A DNA stretch of 56,977 nucleotides from an uncultured Mycoplasmatota bacterium (GTDB taxonomy: Bacteria; Bacillota_I; Bacilli_A; RF39; UBA660). The stretch spans positions 1 through 56,977 of the forward strand of contig CAMMMG010000003.1 of NCBI GenBank assembly GCA_946497925.1, in the 5' to 3' direction. The notes under the pieces were generated by a model. That model was given only the letters and a program-made list of their open reading frames with translations. It made no database searches and had not been told where the DNA came from. Below are positions 16,832 to 26,648 of the stretch, piece after piece; the first letter of the stretch is position 1, and every line of letters begins with the position of its first letter. The position numbers were made by a program, and so were the translations under genes.

Positions 16832-19330
16832 TTATTTATTTTTTCCACAGCATTGTTTATATTTCTTACCACTTCCACATGGACATGGGTCATTTCTACC
16901 TACTTTTTTTACTTTCTTAGGTGTTCTCTTTGTATCTTTAACATCATTAGTCTGTTGATTCTTTGCAACTTGCTTTCTTTCGATGTTTTGTCTTATTTCT
17001 GCTTTAAGTAAGAATACAGTTATATCTCTATCTATTTTTTGAAGCATATCATCAAATAGTCCATAACCTTCTGTAGTGTATGCTCTTAGTGGGTCATCTT
17101 GTCCATATTGACGAAGATAGATACCTTCTCTTAAGTGAGACATAACATTTATTTGTTCCATCCAGTAGTTATCTATAACTTGTAGTGATAAAGCTTTTTC
17201 AAATTCATTACTAATTTCTACTGGCACTTCTTTAATCTTAGCTTCATATTCTTCTTTAGCTTTTTCATAAATATATTCTATTATATCATCAGCATCTCTA
17301 TTTTCTAATTCTACTTTACTTATATCGTTCTTTAGTAAGTTTTCATTAGCAAAATCTGTAATACTTTGTAATTCTTCTTCAGTAATTGTACTATCAGCAT
17401 TTCTTGATTTAACTAAATCTGTAACATGATTATGAATAGAGTTTAATACTGTTTCATGAATAGATTCACTATCTAGGATTTCATTACGTTTACCATACAT
17501 GATTTCTCTTTGAGTATTCATAACATCATCATATTGTAGTAAATGTTTTCTAGCATCAAAGTTATTTCCTTCTACACGTTTTTGAGCAGTTCCTATTGCT
17601 TTTGTAAAGGTTTTACTTTGAATAGCTTGATCTCCAAAACCAAAGCTTTTCATCATCTCTCGAATATGTTCACTACCAAATCTAATCATCAAGTCATCTT
17701 CCATAGAGACAAAGAACTGAGTATAACCTGGATCTCCCTGACGACCAGAACGTCCTCTTAACTGATTATCAATACGACGTGATTCATGACGTTCAGTACC
17801 TATTACACAAAGTCCTCCAAGTTCTCTTATTTCATCTGATAGTTTGATATCAGTACCACGTCCTGCCATGTTAGTAGCGATTGTAACAGAACGATGTTCT
17901 CCGATTTTAGAAATTATTTCTGCTTCACGAGCATGGTTTTTAGCATTTAATATTTCATGAGGAATATGAGCTTTCTTTAATAAGTCACTAATTAATTCAC
18001 TGGTTTCAATGGCTATAGTACCAATTAAAACTGGTTGTCCTTTATCATAACGATTCTTTACCTCATTAATAATAGCTTTATATTTAGCACTACGTGTTGC
18101 AAATACTAAGTCTGGTGCATCTACTCTTATAACTGGTTTATTAGTAGGTATTTCAATAACATACATATTATAGATATCTCTAAATTCTTCTTCTTCTGTT
18201 TTAGCAGTACCAGTCATACCTGATAGTTTTTTATACATTCTAAATAAGTTTTGGAAGGTAATAGTTGCAAGTGTTTTAGTTTCTTGGTTGATTTTAACTC
18301 CTTCTTTAGCTTCTATCGCTTGATGAAGTCCATCACTATAAGCTCTTCCTTTCATTAAACGTCCAGTAAATTGATCTACTATTACTACTTCATCATCTTG
18401 AACAACGTAGTCTACATCTTTTTTCATAGCATAATTAGCACGTAGGGCTTGGTTAATATAATGTAGTAAAGTAGCATTTTCTATTTCATATAGATTTTTA
18501 ATCTTAAACATTTTCTCTGCTTTTTCACTACCTTCATCAGTAAGTGATACACTGATTGTACTTTTACCTGTCTCATCACAGATATAATCAGTCTCTTCTT
18601 TAAGAGATTTAGCAAATTTATCGGCATCTATATATAGATTTGCACTATGCTGTGCACCTCCTGATATTATTAATGGAGTTCTCGCTTCATCAATTAGAAT
18701 AGAGTCAACTTCATCGACGATAGCAAAGTTTAGAGGACGTTGTACCCTATTTTCTTTTCTAATTACCATATTATCTCTTAAGTAATCAAATCCTATCTCA
18801 TTATTAGTAGAGTATAAGATATCACAGTTATAAGCTTCTTGTTTTTCTTTAGGAGACATATCTCTTGTATTAACACCTACTGTTAAACCAAGAAATCTAT
18901 GTATTCCTCCCATCCATTCAGCATCACGAGTTGCAAGATATTCATTAACTGTAATAATATGAACACCTTTTCCTTCTAAGGCATTAAGATAGGCAGGCAT
19001 TACACAAGTTAGGGTTTTACCTTCACCAGTTTTCATCTCGGCTATATTTCCATAGTGAATTGCTAGGGCACCTAGTATTTGAACATAGAAAGGCTTTTCT
19101 CCTATAACACGATATGCTGCTTCTCTTGCTACAGCGAAACCTTCTACTAAGATATCTTCTAGTGTTTCTCCATTTGCTAATCTTTCTTTAAACTCTTCTG
19201 TTTTATGTTTTAATTCATCATCACTTAACTTAGTCATCTCTTCATCAAGAGCGACTATTTTGTCAGCTTGTGCTGTAAACTTTTTTAATTCTTTATATTC
19301 ATGATCAAATAGTTTTCTAAATAATCCCAT
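16832..19330 (-). CDS. secA: preprotein translocase ATPase SecA
   Basis: DEAD motor motifs (MKTGEGKTL, DEVDSILIDEARTPLIISG) and the C-terminal zinc finger CPCGSGKKYKQCCG. ATG 19330 lies 9 nt after AAGGAG. Confidence 0.95.
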   Translation of the reverse strand: MGLFRKLFDHEYKELKKFTAQADKIVALDEEMTKLSDDELKHKTEEFKERLANGETLEDILVEGFAVAREAAYRVIGEKPFYVQILGALAIHYGNIAEMKTGEGKTLTCVMPAYLNALEGKGVHIITVNEYLATRDAEWMGGIHRFLGLTVGVNTRDMSPKEKQEAYNCDILYSTNNEIGFDYLRDNMVIRKENRVQRPLNFAIVDEVDSILIDEARTPLIISGGAQHSANLYIDADKFAKSLKEETDYICDETGKSTISVSLTDEGSEKAEKMFKIKNLYEIENATLLHYINQALRANYAMKKDVDYVVQDDEVVIVDQFTGRLMKGRAYSDGLHQAIEAKEGVKINQETKTLATITFQNLFRMYKKLSGMTGTAKTEEEEFRDIYNMYVIEIPTNKPVIRVDAPDLVFATRSAKYKAIINEVKNRYDKGQPVLIGTIAIETSELISDLLKKAHIPHEILNAKNHAREAEIISKIGEHRSVTIATNMAGRGTDIKLSDEIRELGGLCVIGTERHESRRIDNQLRGRSGRQGDPGYTQFFVSMEDDLMIRFGSEHIREMMKSFGFGDQAIQSKTFTKAIGTAQKRVEGNNFDARKHLLQYDDVMNTQREIMYGKRNEILDSESIHETVLNSIHNHVTDLVKSRNADSTITEEELQSITDFANENLLKNDISKVELENRDADDIIEYIYEKAKEEYEAKIKEVPVEISNEFEKALSLQVIDNYWMEQINVMSHLREGIYLRQYGQDDPLRAYTTEGYGLFDDMLQKIDRDITVFLLKAEIRQNIERKQVAKNQQTNDVKDTKRTPKKVKKVGRNDPCPCGSGKKYKQCCGKNK

Positions 19331-19402
19331 TATAAACATCTCCTTGCATATAGTATTTTATCAAAAAATAAAGATAATAAAAAGCTTTTAAGGTTATTTT
19401 GT

Positions 19403-19434
19403 CAAAAAAAGAATGATATTTTTAATATCATTCC
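19403..19434 (-). terminator. intrinsic terminator after hpf
   Basis: Minus strand: GAATGATATT, a 3-nt loop, AATATCATTC, then TTTTTTTG. The stem is a perfect 10 bp. Confidence 0.8.
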
Positions 19435-19458
19435 TTGTTTACTTGGCTTTATTCAGTT

Positions 19459-19986
19459 TTACTCGGCTTCTATTATACCATAGCCACCATTTTTTCTTTT
19501 ATAAACCACTGCTTCTTTGTCAGTGTCAACATTTTTAAATAAATAAAATTCATGACCTAGTAATTCTAATTGAAGTATTGCCTCTTCTTCATCCATTGGC
19601 TTTACTTCTATTTTCTTATGTTTGATAATATTATTTTCTTCATGTTCCTCTTCTTCAATATCTACAATACTAAAGTCAATTCTAGTCTTTGCTTCTTTAG
19701 CTTTAATCTTAGTCTTATTCTTTCTTATTTGACGTTCTATAACATCTATAGCTTTATCTACTGATGCATAGAAATCATCCTGTGTCTCTTCAGACCTAAT
19801 AATAAAATTGTGAAGTGGAATTGTAATTTCGACAGTTTGCATATGTCCTTTAACTTTTACTACTACGTTAGCACGTACATTATCACTATTTTCTAGATAT
19901 TTCTCTAGTCTTTTCAATTTCTCATTAATGTAGTCTTTCATAGCAGCAGTTACTTCAATTTTGTCACCACGAATAATAATTTCCAT
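19459..19986 (-). CDS. hpf: long-form ribosome hibernation promoting factor
   Basis: MEIIIRGDKIEVTAAMKDYI... S30AE domain plus the C-terminal dimerisation domain (FYLFKNVDTDKEAVVYKRKNGGYGIIE). AAGGAAGGTGA Shine-Dalgarno. Confidence 0.9.
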   Translation of the reverse strand: MEIIIRGDKIEVTAAMKDYINEKLKRLEKYLENSDNVRANVVVKVKGHMQTVEITIPLHNFIIRSEETQDDFYASVDKAIDVIERQIRKNKTKIKAKEAKTRIDFSIVDIEEEEHEENNIIKHKKIEVKPMDEEEAILQLELLGHEFYLFKNVDTDKEAVVYKRKNGGYGIIEAE

Positions 19987-20036
19987 ATTATCACCTTCCT
20001 TAGTATTAATATACCACAAAAGGAGCAAAAAACCAA

Positions 20037-20255
20037 CTATTTTGATAAAGCTGGTTCTTTTATTGGTGTTACATCGACTGCTTGATATCCTTTGCTAGTT
20101 TCAAGTAATGTAAATTCTACATATTGACCTTCAGACAAAGTTTTATAACCGTCACAATTAATAGTTGAATAATGAACGAAAATATCTTCGTTTTCTTTGT
20201 ATTCAATAAATCCATAGCCTTTTTCATTATTGAACCATTTTACTCTTCCAATCAC
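20037..20255 (-). CDS. cold-shock protein (CspA family)
   Basis: GRVKWFNNEKGYGFI and DIFVHYS are the RNP1/RNP2 motifs. A GTG start at 20255 lies 8 nt after GGAGG. Confidence 0.9.
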   Translation of the reverse strand: MIGRVKWFNNEKGYGFIEYKENEDIFVHYSTINCDGYKTLSEGQYVEFTLLETSKGYQAVDVTPIKEPALSK

Positions 20256-20505
20256 TAGACTCACCTCCACATCTTTTATTCCTTCTTAACTAGAACTACT
20301 TTTCAAACGATGTGAACCTATTATAACAATGATGATTTAAATAACAGCATATTTTCCGTTAAATGTTATTTTCATGCCCTTTTCTGTATTTTTTATAAAA
20401 AAATATGTCGAAATTACAGTTAATAGTTAATCTATCTCTTTTAATGGAAATATTATTCTTTTTATTAAAGATAGAGGTAAAATGATTATAGCATAGGAGG
20501 ATGGT

Positions 20506-21099
20506 ATGAAAGAAGTATTTTTAAATCATACTATGAACTTTATTGCCAGTAATCAAAAAGATTTAAACCAAGAGGATAAAGAAAAATTGGCTTATGGTTT
20601 AGAGGGATTATACATGTCAATAACTAAGCTAGTAATAATTTTTTTAATAGCATTTCTTCTTGGGTTTATTAAGGAATTTATTATTACATTAATATTTTTT
20701 AATATAATAAGATTCCCTGGTTTTGGTTTTCATGCAAGTAAGTCTGTAGTTTGTTTGATAGCAAGTACACTTTTAGTTTTAGGACTACCTTATTTATTTA
20801 CTAATATTGAAGTAAGTCTTACTATTAAAATAATTCTATGTATAGTTTCAGTTATAACATTTATAATCTGTGCACCTGCTGATACTTGGAAAAGACCTTT
20901 AACTAATAAGAGAAAAAGAATTATTAGAAAAGTAGTTGCTTCTAGTTTAGCAGTTATATATAGTATTCTTATTATAGTGTTTAATGGCTATGAAATCAGT
21001 AATTTATTGATGGCTGCATTACTTATTGAAACTATCTTAATATCTCCTATTATGTATTTAATATTTAAAGAACCATATAGAAATTATAAAAAGGTTTAA
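20506..21099 (+). CDS. agrB: AgrB-family accessory gene regulator (AgrD-processing membrane peptidase)
   Basis: Multi-TM protein with FPGFGFHASKSVVCLIAS, which carries the conserved catalytic His and Cys of AgrB. An AgrD-like peptide gene lies directly downstream. Confidence 0.8.
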   Translation: MKEVFLNHTMNFIASNQKDLNQEDKEKLAYGLEGLYMSITKLVIIFLIAFLLGFIKEFIITLIFFNIIRFPGFGFHASKSVVCLIASTLLVLGLPYLFTNIEVSLTIKIILCIVSVITFIICAPADTWKRPLTNKRKRIIRKVVASSLAVIYSILIIVFNGYEISNLLMAALLIETILISPIMYLIFKEPYRNYKKV

Positions 21100-21147
21100 A
21101 CATTTTATGTTTAAATAAATAGTAGTAAAGAAAGGAATGAAAAGGAA

Positions 21148-21270
21148 ATGAAAAAAAGAATGGCTAAAGTTCTAGCTGCTGTTGCTATGTTAGCTACTGC
21201 TAGTGCTAGTATTGGATGTGCTTGGTGGATGATAGAAGAACCAAAAGCATTAAAAAATATGGATTAATAA
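21148..21270 (+). CDS. agrD: AgrD-like autoinducing peptide precursor (40 aa)
   Basis: Own translation: MKKRMAKVLAAVAMLATASASIGCAWWMIEEPKALKNMD. The pattern is Cys plus 4 residues, then the acidic EEPKxL tail, as in clostridial AgrD (my recollection of C. perfringens is ...SACLWFTHQPEEPKSLRDE). Below the ORF-track size cut-off. Confidence 0.75.
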
Positions 21271-21288
21271 CAATTTTTAATATTTTTT

Positions 21289-21320
21289 AAAGATACTTTC
21301 TTAAGTGTCTTTTTATTTTA
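21289..21320 (+). terminator. terminator after agrBD (convergent with the kinase gene end)
   Basis: AAAGATAC, an 8-nt loop, GTGTCTTT (one G-U pair), then TTATTTTA. Confidence 0.5.
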
Positions 21321-22605
21321 ATTTTAGCTCTAACTTTTGAATAAAATAATCATCCATAATTTTTGTTTCGTTGGTAAAATAAGTTGAATTTTTGACTATT
21401 TTATTAGCAAAATATAATCCTTTACCTCGACTATTTCCCTTTGTTGAAAATCCTTTTTTCATTATATTGTTAAGATTAATATTTCCTTTATAACTATTTG
21501 TAATTACGAAAAACAAACTGTTTTTTATTTTATAAACTTCTAAAGCTATTTGTTTTTTTGCAGAGTGGCTCGCTGCTTCAATAGCATTATCAAAATAAAT
21601 TCCTATTAACTGACTCAATTCATTATTAACGTTAGGAGGTAGTTTAAAATCTTTCTCTTCGATTTTTGGACTTATATCAATTGATGTATTAAGGTTCTTT
21701 TTATTTGATACTAATAATTTATAATATATTAAACTTTTAATTTCACCTTTAGGGAGATATTTTATCTTACCTAAAATATAATTTTCATTGGATGAATCTA
21801 CTTTTAAAATGTTTTTTACAATATTAATTACTTTTTCATCTGTAGTAGCATCTATTACTTTAGATAATTGATTCTTATATTCATGCATACATAAATCTTG
21901 TTGTTCTTGGTAGTTTTCAACATTTTGCATACATTCATATAAGGTATTGTTTTGCATCAGTAATTTATCATATTTCATAATTTCATTCATATAGATAAAA
22001 ATTAAGAAAATAAAAGAAACTATAACTAAATTAGCTACAAAATAGTCTTTTGTTGGTGTAAAAATGCTAGAAGTTGTATAATACATTATACATATGGCTA
22101 TAAAGGCAAAAAGTAAATATATAATAATTCTTCTGTTCTCTTGTTTCTGTAATTTATTAACAATAGCAATAGCAATTTTATTAATGAAGGAAATTTTGAA
22201 AATAAAATATGTTAGAATAGACACAAGTGTATTTGTTATAAATAAAACTAAAAAATTATTGTGAATTTCTTTAAAACTAATAAAATTCATTATTATCGCA
22301 GATCCTATTAAATCAGGTATTGTTGATAATATCATAATATATAAAATCAAGATAGCACTAACAAGTATATCTATGTCTAATATTTTTTTAGTACTTAGTA
22401 TTAAAATTAAGAATGTCAGAAATGTTGAAAAATTATATCCTGCTGTATAGAAAACTATTGTTGGTAATATGCTTAGGATTAGCCATAAAAAATTTTTTAC
22501 TGTAAATAATCTTATTTGTGATTTTGTAATTTTTTTTGTAATAAATATTGCTATTATGTTCATCACAAATATATTAACAATTTCAACTATTAGTAACATA
22601 CTCAA
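21313..22605 (-). CDS. AgrC/ComD-like membrane sensor histidine kinase (HPK10-type, GHKL ATPase)
   Basis: About 6-7 N-terminal TM helices, H-box MHEYKNQLS, and a C-terminal ATPase (FDNAIEA, GFSTKGNSRGKGL). Overlaps the LytTR regulator gene by 23 nt. Confidence 0.75.
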   Translation of the reverse strand: MSMLLIVEIVNIFVMNIIAIFITKKITKSQIRLFTVKNFLWLILSILPTIVFYTAGYNFSTFLTFLILILSTKKILDIDILVSAILILYIMILSTIPDLIGSAIIMNFISFKEIHNNFLVLFITNTLVSILTYFIFKISFINKIAIAIVNKLQKQENRRIIIYLLFAFIAICIMYYTTSSIFTPTKDYFVANLVIVSFIFLIFIYMNEIMKYDKLLMQNNTLYECMQNVENYQEQQDLCMHEYKNQLSKVIDATTDEKVINIVKNILKVDSSNENYILGKIKYLPKGEIKSLIYYKLLVSNKKNLNTSIDISPKIEEKDFKLPPNVNNELSQLIGIYFDNAIEAASHSAKKQIALEVYKIKNSLFFVITNSYKGNINLNNIMKKGFSTKGNSRGKGLYFANKIVKNSTYFTNETKIMDDYFIQKLELKLK

Positions 22606-23311
22606 TCAACTCCTTTTTCCCTGATCTAGATATTAAGTTAGTACTCACACCATTAACAAATAGAACTTCATTTTCTTTTGTATCATACTCTCTTATTTTA
22701 TCCGTATTTAAAATTAAACTTTTATGTACTTTTAAGAATCTCTTATCTAATTGCTTAGATATTGCGCTTAATGTAAAAGGGGCTTTGAATGTACCATAGT
22801 CTGTATGAACTATACATCTTTTACTATCTTGTTCTTTCTCTATAAAGATAATATTCTTTAGTTCTATCTTATATAAAGTATAGTTATACTCATAATTAAG
22901 GCACTTTTCTCTACTGTTATATTGCTTATAAATTATCTTTAGAGTTTCTTTTAATTTCTGCTTGCAATTATCAAACTTACTAATGAAATCTAGTAAATAT
23001 AATCTATTTGATAATGCCTCATATCTATATTCTGCAAAGGCAGTTACAATTATAATAATAGAACTCCAATCATCTAGTTCTTCTCTTACGAACCTAGCAG
23101 CATCTAAACCAGAGCCATTTTTAGTTTTAATATCAAAGAAATACACTTTAAAACCCATCTCTTTTCTAGCAAGAGTTTCAAAGTCTTTCTCATAGTTTTC
23201 ACATTCATATTTCTTGTATTCAACATCGTAATTCATCATGAATTTATCAATCTCACCTTTTATTAAATCTCTAAATTCCTTTTCGTCATCACATATAATA
23301 AAATTTAACAC
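22583..23311 (-). CDS. AgrA-like LytTR-family response regulator
   Basis: Receiver domain (ICDDEKEF..., FFDIKT) plus a C-terminal LytTR domain (IIFIEKEQDSKRCIVHT...FLKVHKSLILN). A GTG start at 23311 follows GGAGGAGG. Confidence 0.75.
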   Translation of the reverse strand: MLNFIICDDEKEFRDLIKGEIDKFMMNYDVEYKKYECENYEKDFETLARKEMGFKVYFFDIKTKNGSGLDAARFVREELDDWSSIIIIVTAFAEYRYEALSNRLYLLDFISKFDNCKQKLKETLKIIYKQYNSREKCLNYEYNYTLYKIELKNIIFIEKEQDSKRCIVHTDYGTFKAPFTLSAISKQLDKRFLKVHKSLILNTDKIREYDTKENEVLFVNGVSTNLISRSGKKELIEYVTNS

Positions 23312-23398
23312 TACTACCTCCTCCTTCTCATACTGCACACCCTTAAATTTTACCATATATTTCCAGTTTATAGGATTTTTGTCAAAAAAAAATAGTAG

Positions 23399-24523
23399 CT
23401 ATTTAGCCCTATTTTTAATTTTTTTAGATTTAGGTTCTTTTTTGATGACTTCGCCTACTTTTTCAATAATATTATCTGTTACTTCTTTGTTCTTTTTAGA
23501 GATAACTGTAGTTCTTAATACAAACCAAACTACAATAATAAATATAATTATATATAATATTTTTCCCATGAAAGGATCTTTTAGAGAATAAAAGATAGAA
23601 GCAAAGGCAAATAGTAAGTTAAAACCATATATTATTAGCACTGTTGTTCTTTGAGAAAAGTTCATGCCAAGTAGTTGATGATGTATATGTTCTTTATCTG
23701 GAGAAAATGGTGCTTGATGTTTTAACAGTCTTCTTATGATAGCAAATAAAGTATCTAGTATAGGTATTCCTAAAATCATTAGAGGAACGAATAAACTTGT
23801 TAAAGCTGGTCCTTTAAACTCTAGAAGAGTGATAACTGCTATCATAAAGCCTAAGTACATGGCACAATCTCCACAGAATATTTTAGCAGGATAGAAATTA
23901 TGTAGTAAAAAGCCTAATGTGGATCCTAACATAATAAATGTTAATATCATAACTAAAGTACCACTACGTCCTTGGAAATAACCAATTATACCTATAGTTA
24001 AGAAGAATATACTACTAATTCCTCCACTTAAGCCATCTAGTCCATCAATTAAGTTTATTATATTAACACATGCTACTACAAAGAGTATTGTTAATGGGTA
24101 AGAGAACCAACCAAAATTAATAGTATAACCAAAAGCTGTTATGTTGTTTAAGAGAAAACCTCCATAGAAAACAAGAATTGAAGCAGCAATTATTTGCCCT
24201 ATTAACTTTGTTCTAGCTCTTAAGGGTTTAATATCATCGGCAATACCAGTTAATATTATAATAAAACTACCTATTAATATAGAGTTCATTTGGACACTTT
24301 CTGTTCCAAATAACATATATCCTATTAAGAAGGCTAAAAATATCCCTACTCCTCCTAATTTAGGTGTAGCTTTTGTATGTATATGTCTATGTCCTTCATC
24401 GCTTCTTGGTATATCCATCGCTCCGATATGCCTTGCTATTCTTTTCATAAAAGGCATTATTATAGCAGAACATATAAAGGTTGTTACTACTATTTTTATA
24501 GTTTCTATTATTTCTGGACTCAT
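23399..24523 (-). CDS. MraY/WecA/TagO-family undecaprenyl-phosphate N-acetylhexosamine-1-phosphate transferase
   Basis: Polytopic membrane protein with the IINLIDGLDGL motif and AKIFCGDCAMYLGF, typical of glycosyltransferase family 4. Confidence 0.8.
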   Translation of the reverse strand: MSPEIIETIKIVVTTFICSAIIMPFMKRIARHIGAMDIPRSDEGHRHIHTKATPKLGGVGIFLAFLIGYMLFGTESVQMNSILIGSFIIILTGIADDIKPLRARTKLIGQIIAASILVFYGGFLLNNITAFGYTINFGWFSYPLTILFVVACVNIINLIDGLDGLSGGISSIFFLTIGIIGYFQGRSGTLVMILTFIMLGSTLGFLLHNFYPAKIFCGDCAMYLGFMIAVITLLEFKGPALTSLFVPLMILGIPILDTLFAIIRRLLKHQAPFSPDKEHIHHQLLGMNFSQRTTVLIIYGFNLLFAFASIFYSLKDPFMGKILYIIIFIIVVWFVLRTTVISKKNKEVTDNIIEKVGEVIKKEPKSKKIKNRAK

Positions 24524-24599
24524 AGTTCTTCCTCTTTTCTAAAACAATTATAGCAAGTTAGACAAATTTTGACAACAAAAGAAAAACTAAAGCTTATCT

Positions 24600-25592
24600 T
24601 TAGTTATCTTCTAATAGTTTAATATTGTCTAATAGTACTCCTGTTCCTTCTACTACACAAGTTAGAGGACTATCTGCTATTAAAACTGGTACTTTTAATT
24701 CTTTTTTTAAGACTTCATTTAATCCTTTAAGCATTGAACCTCCTCCAGTTAATATTATACCTTTATCCACAATATCTGCTGATAACTCTGGTGGAGTTTG
24801 TTCTAAAACATTAGTCGCTGCTTTTACTATTTTATAGATTGATTCGTGTAGAGCTTCTTCTGTTTCTGTTTCACTTATTTCAATAGTATTAGGAAGTCCT
24901 GTTACTAAATCTCTTCCTCTTACTTCTAGTTTGTTTTTCTTATCAGGTTCATATAGGTTTGCAAATTCTATTTTTATATCCTCTGCTGTCTTTTCTCCTA
25001 TTAGTAATTTATATTTTTCTTTTACATATTTAACAATATCTTGATCAAAAACATTTCCTGCTATACGAACTGAAGAACTACTAACTATATCATTTAAAGA
25101 AAGAATAGCAATGTCTGTTGTTCCTCCTCCAATATCTATTACCATGTTAGCACTAGGTTTAGAGATATCCATACCTGCTCCTATTGCTGCTACTTTAGGT
25201 TCTTCTTCTAGATATACTTTTCTTGCTCCTGTACGTTCTGCTGCTTCTTTAATAGCATTCTTTTCAACAGGTGTTACATTGGTAGGGCAACATATTAATA
25301 TTCTAGGTCTTGATAGAAAGTTTCTAGCATGTATTTTTCTAATAAAATAATCTAACATTATTTCTGTAATCTCAAAATCAGCTATTACACCATCTTTCAT
25401 AGGCTTAATAGCTTTTACTTTCTCTGGAGTTCTTCCTAGCATTTCACTAGCTTCTTTACCTACTGCTACAACTTTCTTATTATCTGTGTCGATAGCAACT
25501 ACACTAGGTTCATTTAAGACTATTCCTTCTCCTTTTATATATATTAATACATTTGCAGTACCTAAATCTATACCAATATCTTTTGATAACAT
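24600..25592 (-). CDS. mreB: rod-shape-determining actin homolog MreB/Mbl
   Basis: DIGIDLGTANVLIY, VIDIGGGTTDIA, GIILTGGGSMLKGL. ATG 25592 has an AAGGA Shine-Dalgarno. Confidence 0.9.
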   Translation of the reverse strand: MLSKDIGIDLGTANVLIYIKGEGIVLNEPSVVAIDTDNKKVVAVGKEASEMLGRTPEKVKAIKPMKDGVIADFEITEIMLDYFIRKIHARNFLSRPRILICCPTNVTPVEKNAIKEAAERTGARKVYLEEEPKVAAIGAGMDISKPSANMVIDIGGGTTDIAILSLNDIVSSSSVRIAGNVFDQDIVKYVKEKYKLLIGEKTAEDIKIEFANLYEPDKKNKLEVRGRDLVTGLPNTIEISETETEEALHESIYKIVKAATNVLEQTPPELSADIVDKGIILTGGGSMLKGLNEVLKKELKVPVLIADSPLTCVVEGTGVLLDNIKLLEDN

Positions 25593-25674
25593 CTTATCAC
25601 GTCCTTTTACTGTTAATATTTTAGCAGAAATATAATTCATTGTAAATTCCTTTTGTTAGAAAAAAAACGGTATT

Positions 25675-26388
25675 TTACTCCGTTTCTTCATTAGTGTTAG
25701 TATTTTCTTCGGTTTGTTCTTCTGTTTTTGTTTCAGTAGTTGTTTGTTTATTATCTTCGTTACTAATTACTTGATCAAAATATTTACTAGGATCAACTAC
25801 TTCTCCAGATTTATATAATTCAAAGTGTAGATGATTTCCTAAGTCTTGATCGATTGTATTAGTTCCACTTTTACCAATTACTTGACCTTGTTTAACTGTA
25901 TCATTCTTTTTAACTGATACTTCACTTAAACTTTGATAACTACTAATGAAGTCATTATCATGTTTTATCTCTACTACTGTTCCAAGAAGTTCATCTTCTC
26001 TTACATCCAAGACCGTTCCATCTAATACTGATACTACATCAAAGGTATCTGTTAGACCAAAATCCATACCTGAATTTTGAATGTAAGTATTTTCATGATA
26101 AAGTATTGATTTTTCTTGAGAAGATGCTTCTCCAAGATAATCATAGAAATATTTAAGTGTTTCTACTTGGTCATTTGTATATGGTTTTACCATTTTTACT
26201 TCTTCTTTAATTACTTCCTGATCTTTTTTATCATCTATTATGGATGAGTTAACATATTCTATGTCTTCTTCAGTAGGATTATTCGCTTGCATGTTTTGAC
26301 TTACAAAGAAAGCACTCATTCCTGTTAGAGAGAAAGCAATTAAATAAGCACCGATTATAACACCTTTTTTTAATCTTAATTTTTTCAT
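25675..26388 (-). CDS. spoIIQ: stage II sporulation protein Q (LytM-domain)
   Basis: N-terminal TM. YQSLSEVSVKKNDTVKQGQVIGKSGTNTIDQDLGNHLHFELYKSGEVVDP is near-colinear with my recollection of B. subtilis SpoIIQ (YQSLSEVSVEQGDKVKQNQVIGKSGKN..SGNHVHFEI). Acidic, T/E-rich tail. Confidence 0.75.
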   Translation of the reverse strand: MKKLRLKKGVIIGAYLIAFSLTGMSAFFVSQNMQANNPTEEDIEYVNSSIIDDKKDQEVIKEEVKMVKPYTNDQVETLKYFYDYLGEASSQEKSILYHENTYIQNSGMDFGLTDTFDVVSVLDGTVLDVREDELLGTVVEIKHDNDFISSYQSLSEVSVKKNDTVKQGQVIGKSGTNTIDQDLGNHLHFELYKSGEVVDPSKYFDQVISNEDNKQTTTETKTEEQTEENTNTNEETE

Positions 26389-26450
26389 TATCCACCACCT
26401 CATTAAGAGTTTTAACGAAAATGAAAAAATTATACTTTAAATTTTATTTT

Positions 26451-26648
26451 TTAAACAATTATTGCTGATTCATATAAGTCGTAAATACAGTTTGTTACTA
26501 AATAGATTAAGGCAATTGCTAAGAAGAAATAGAATACTCTTGCTTGCCAAATTTTATTTTTTTTAAAAATAGCATTAATGTTAATTGAATCTAAACTCCA
26601 AATAACAATAATTGTTACGATAAAATATAAAAAATATTTAACGCTCAT
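26451..26648 (-). CDS. small membrane protein, DUF1146/YwzB-like
   Basis: 65 aa with two TM helices. Its position next to rpiB and spoIIQ resembles the ywzB context. Confidence 0.45.
   Translation of the reverse strand: MSVKYFLYFIVTIIVIWSLDSININAIFKKNKIWQARVFYFFLAIALIYLVTNCIYDLYESAIIV

Noticed and set aside
20356-20431. ACAGTTAAT / CCGTTAAAT elements upstream of agrB, considered as a paired AgrA (LytTR) binding site.
   Set aside because: The spacing is 60 bp, not the ~21-bp period with a 12-13-bp spacer typical of LytTR direct repeats. Such A/T-rich 9-mers are expected by chance. They are mentioned only as a weak half-site.
21148-21270. Alternative reading of the 40-aa peptide as a small lipoprotein (signal peptide plus Cys).
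   Set aside because: The residues before Cys (S-I-G-C) are a poor lipobox. The Cys+4 / EEPKxL layout and the adjacent AgrB homolog fit AgrD much better.
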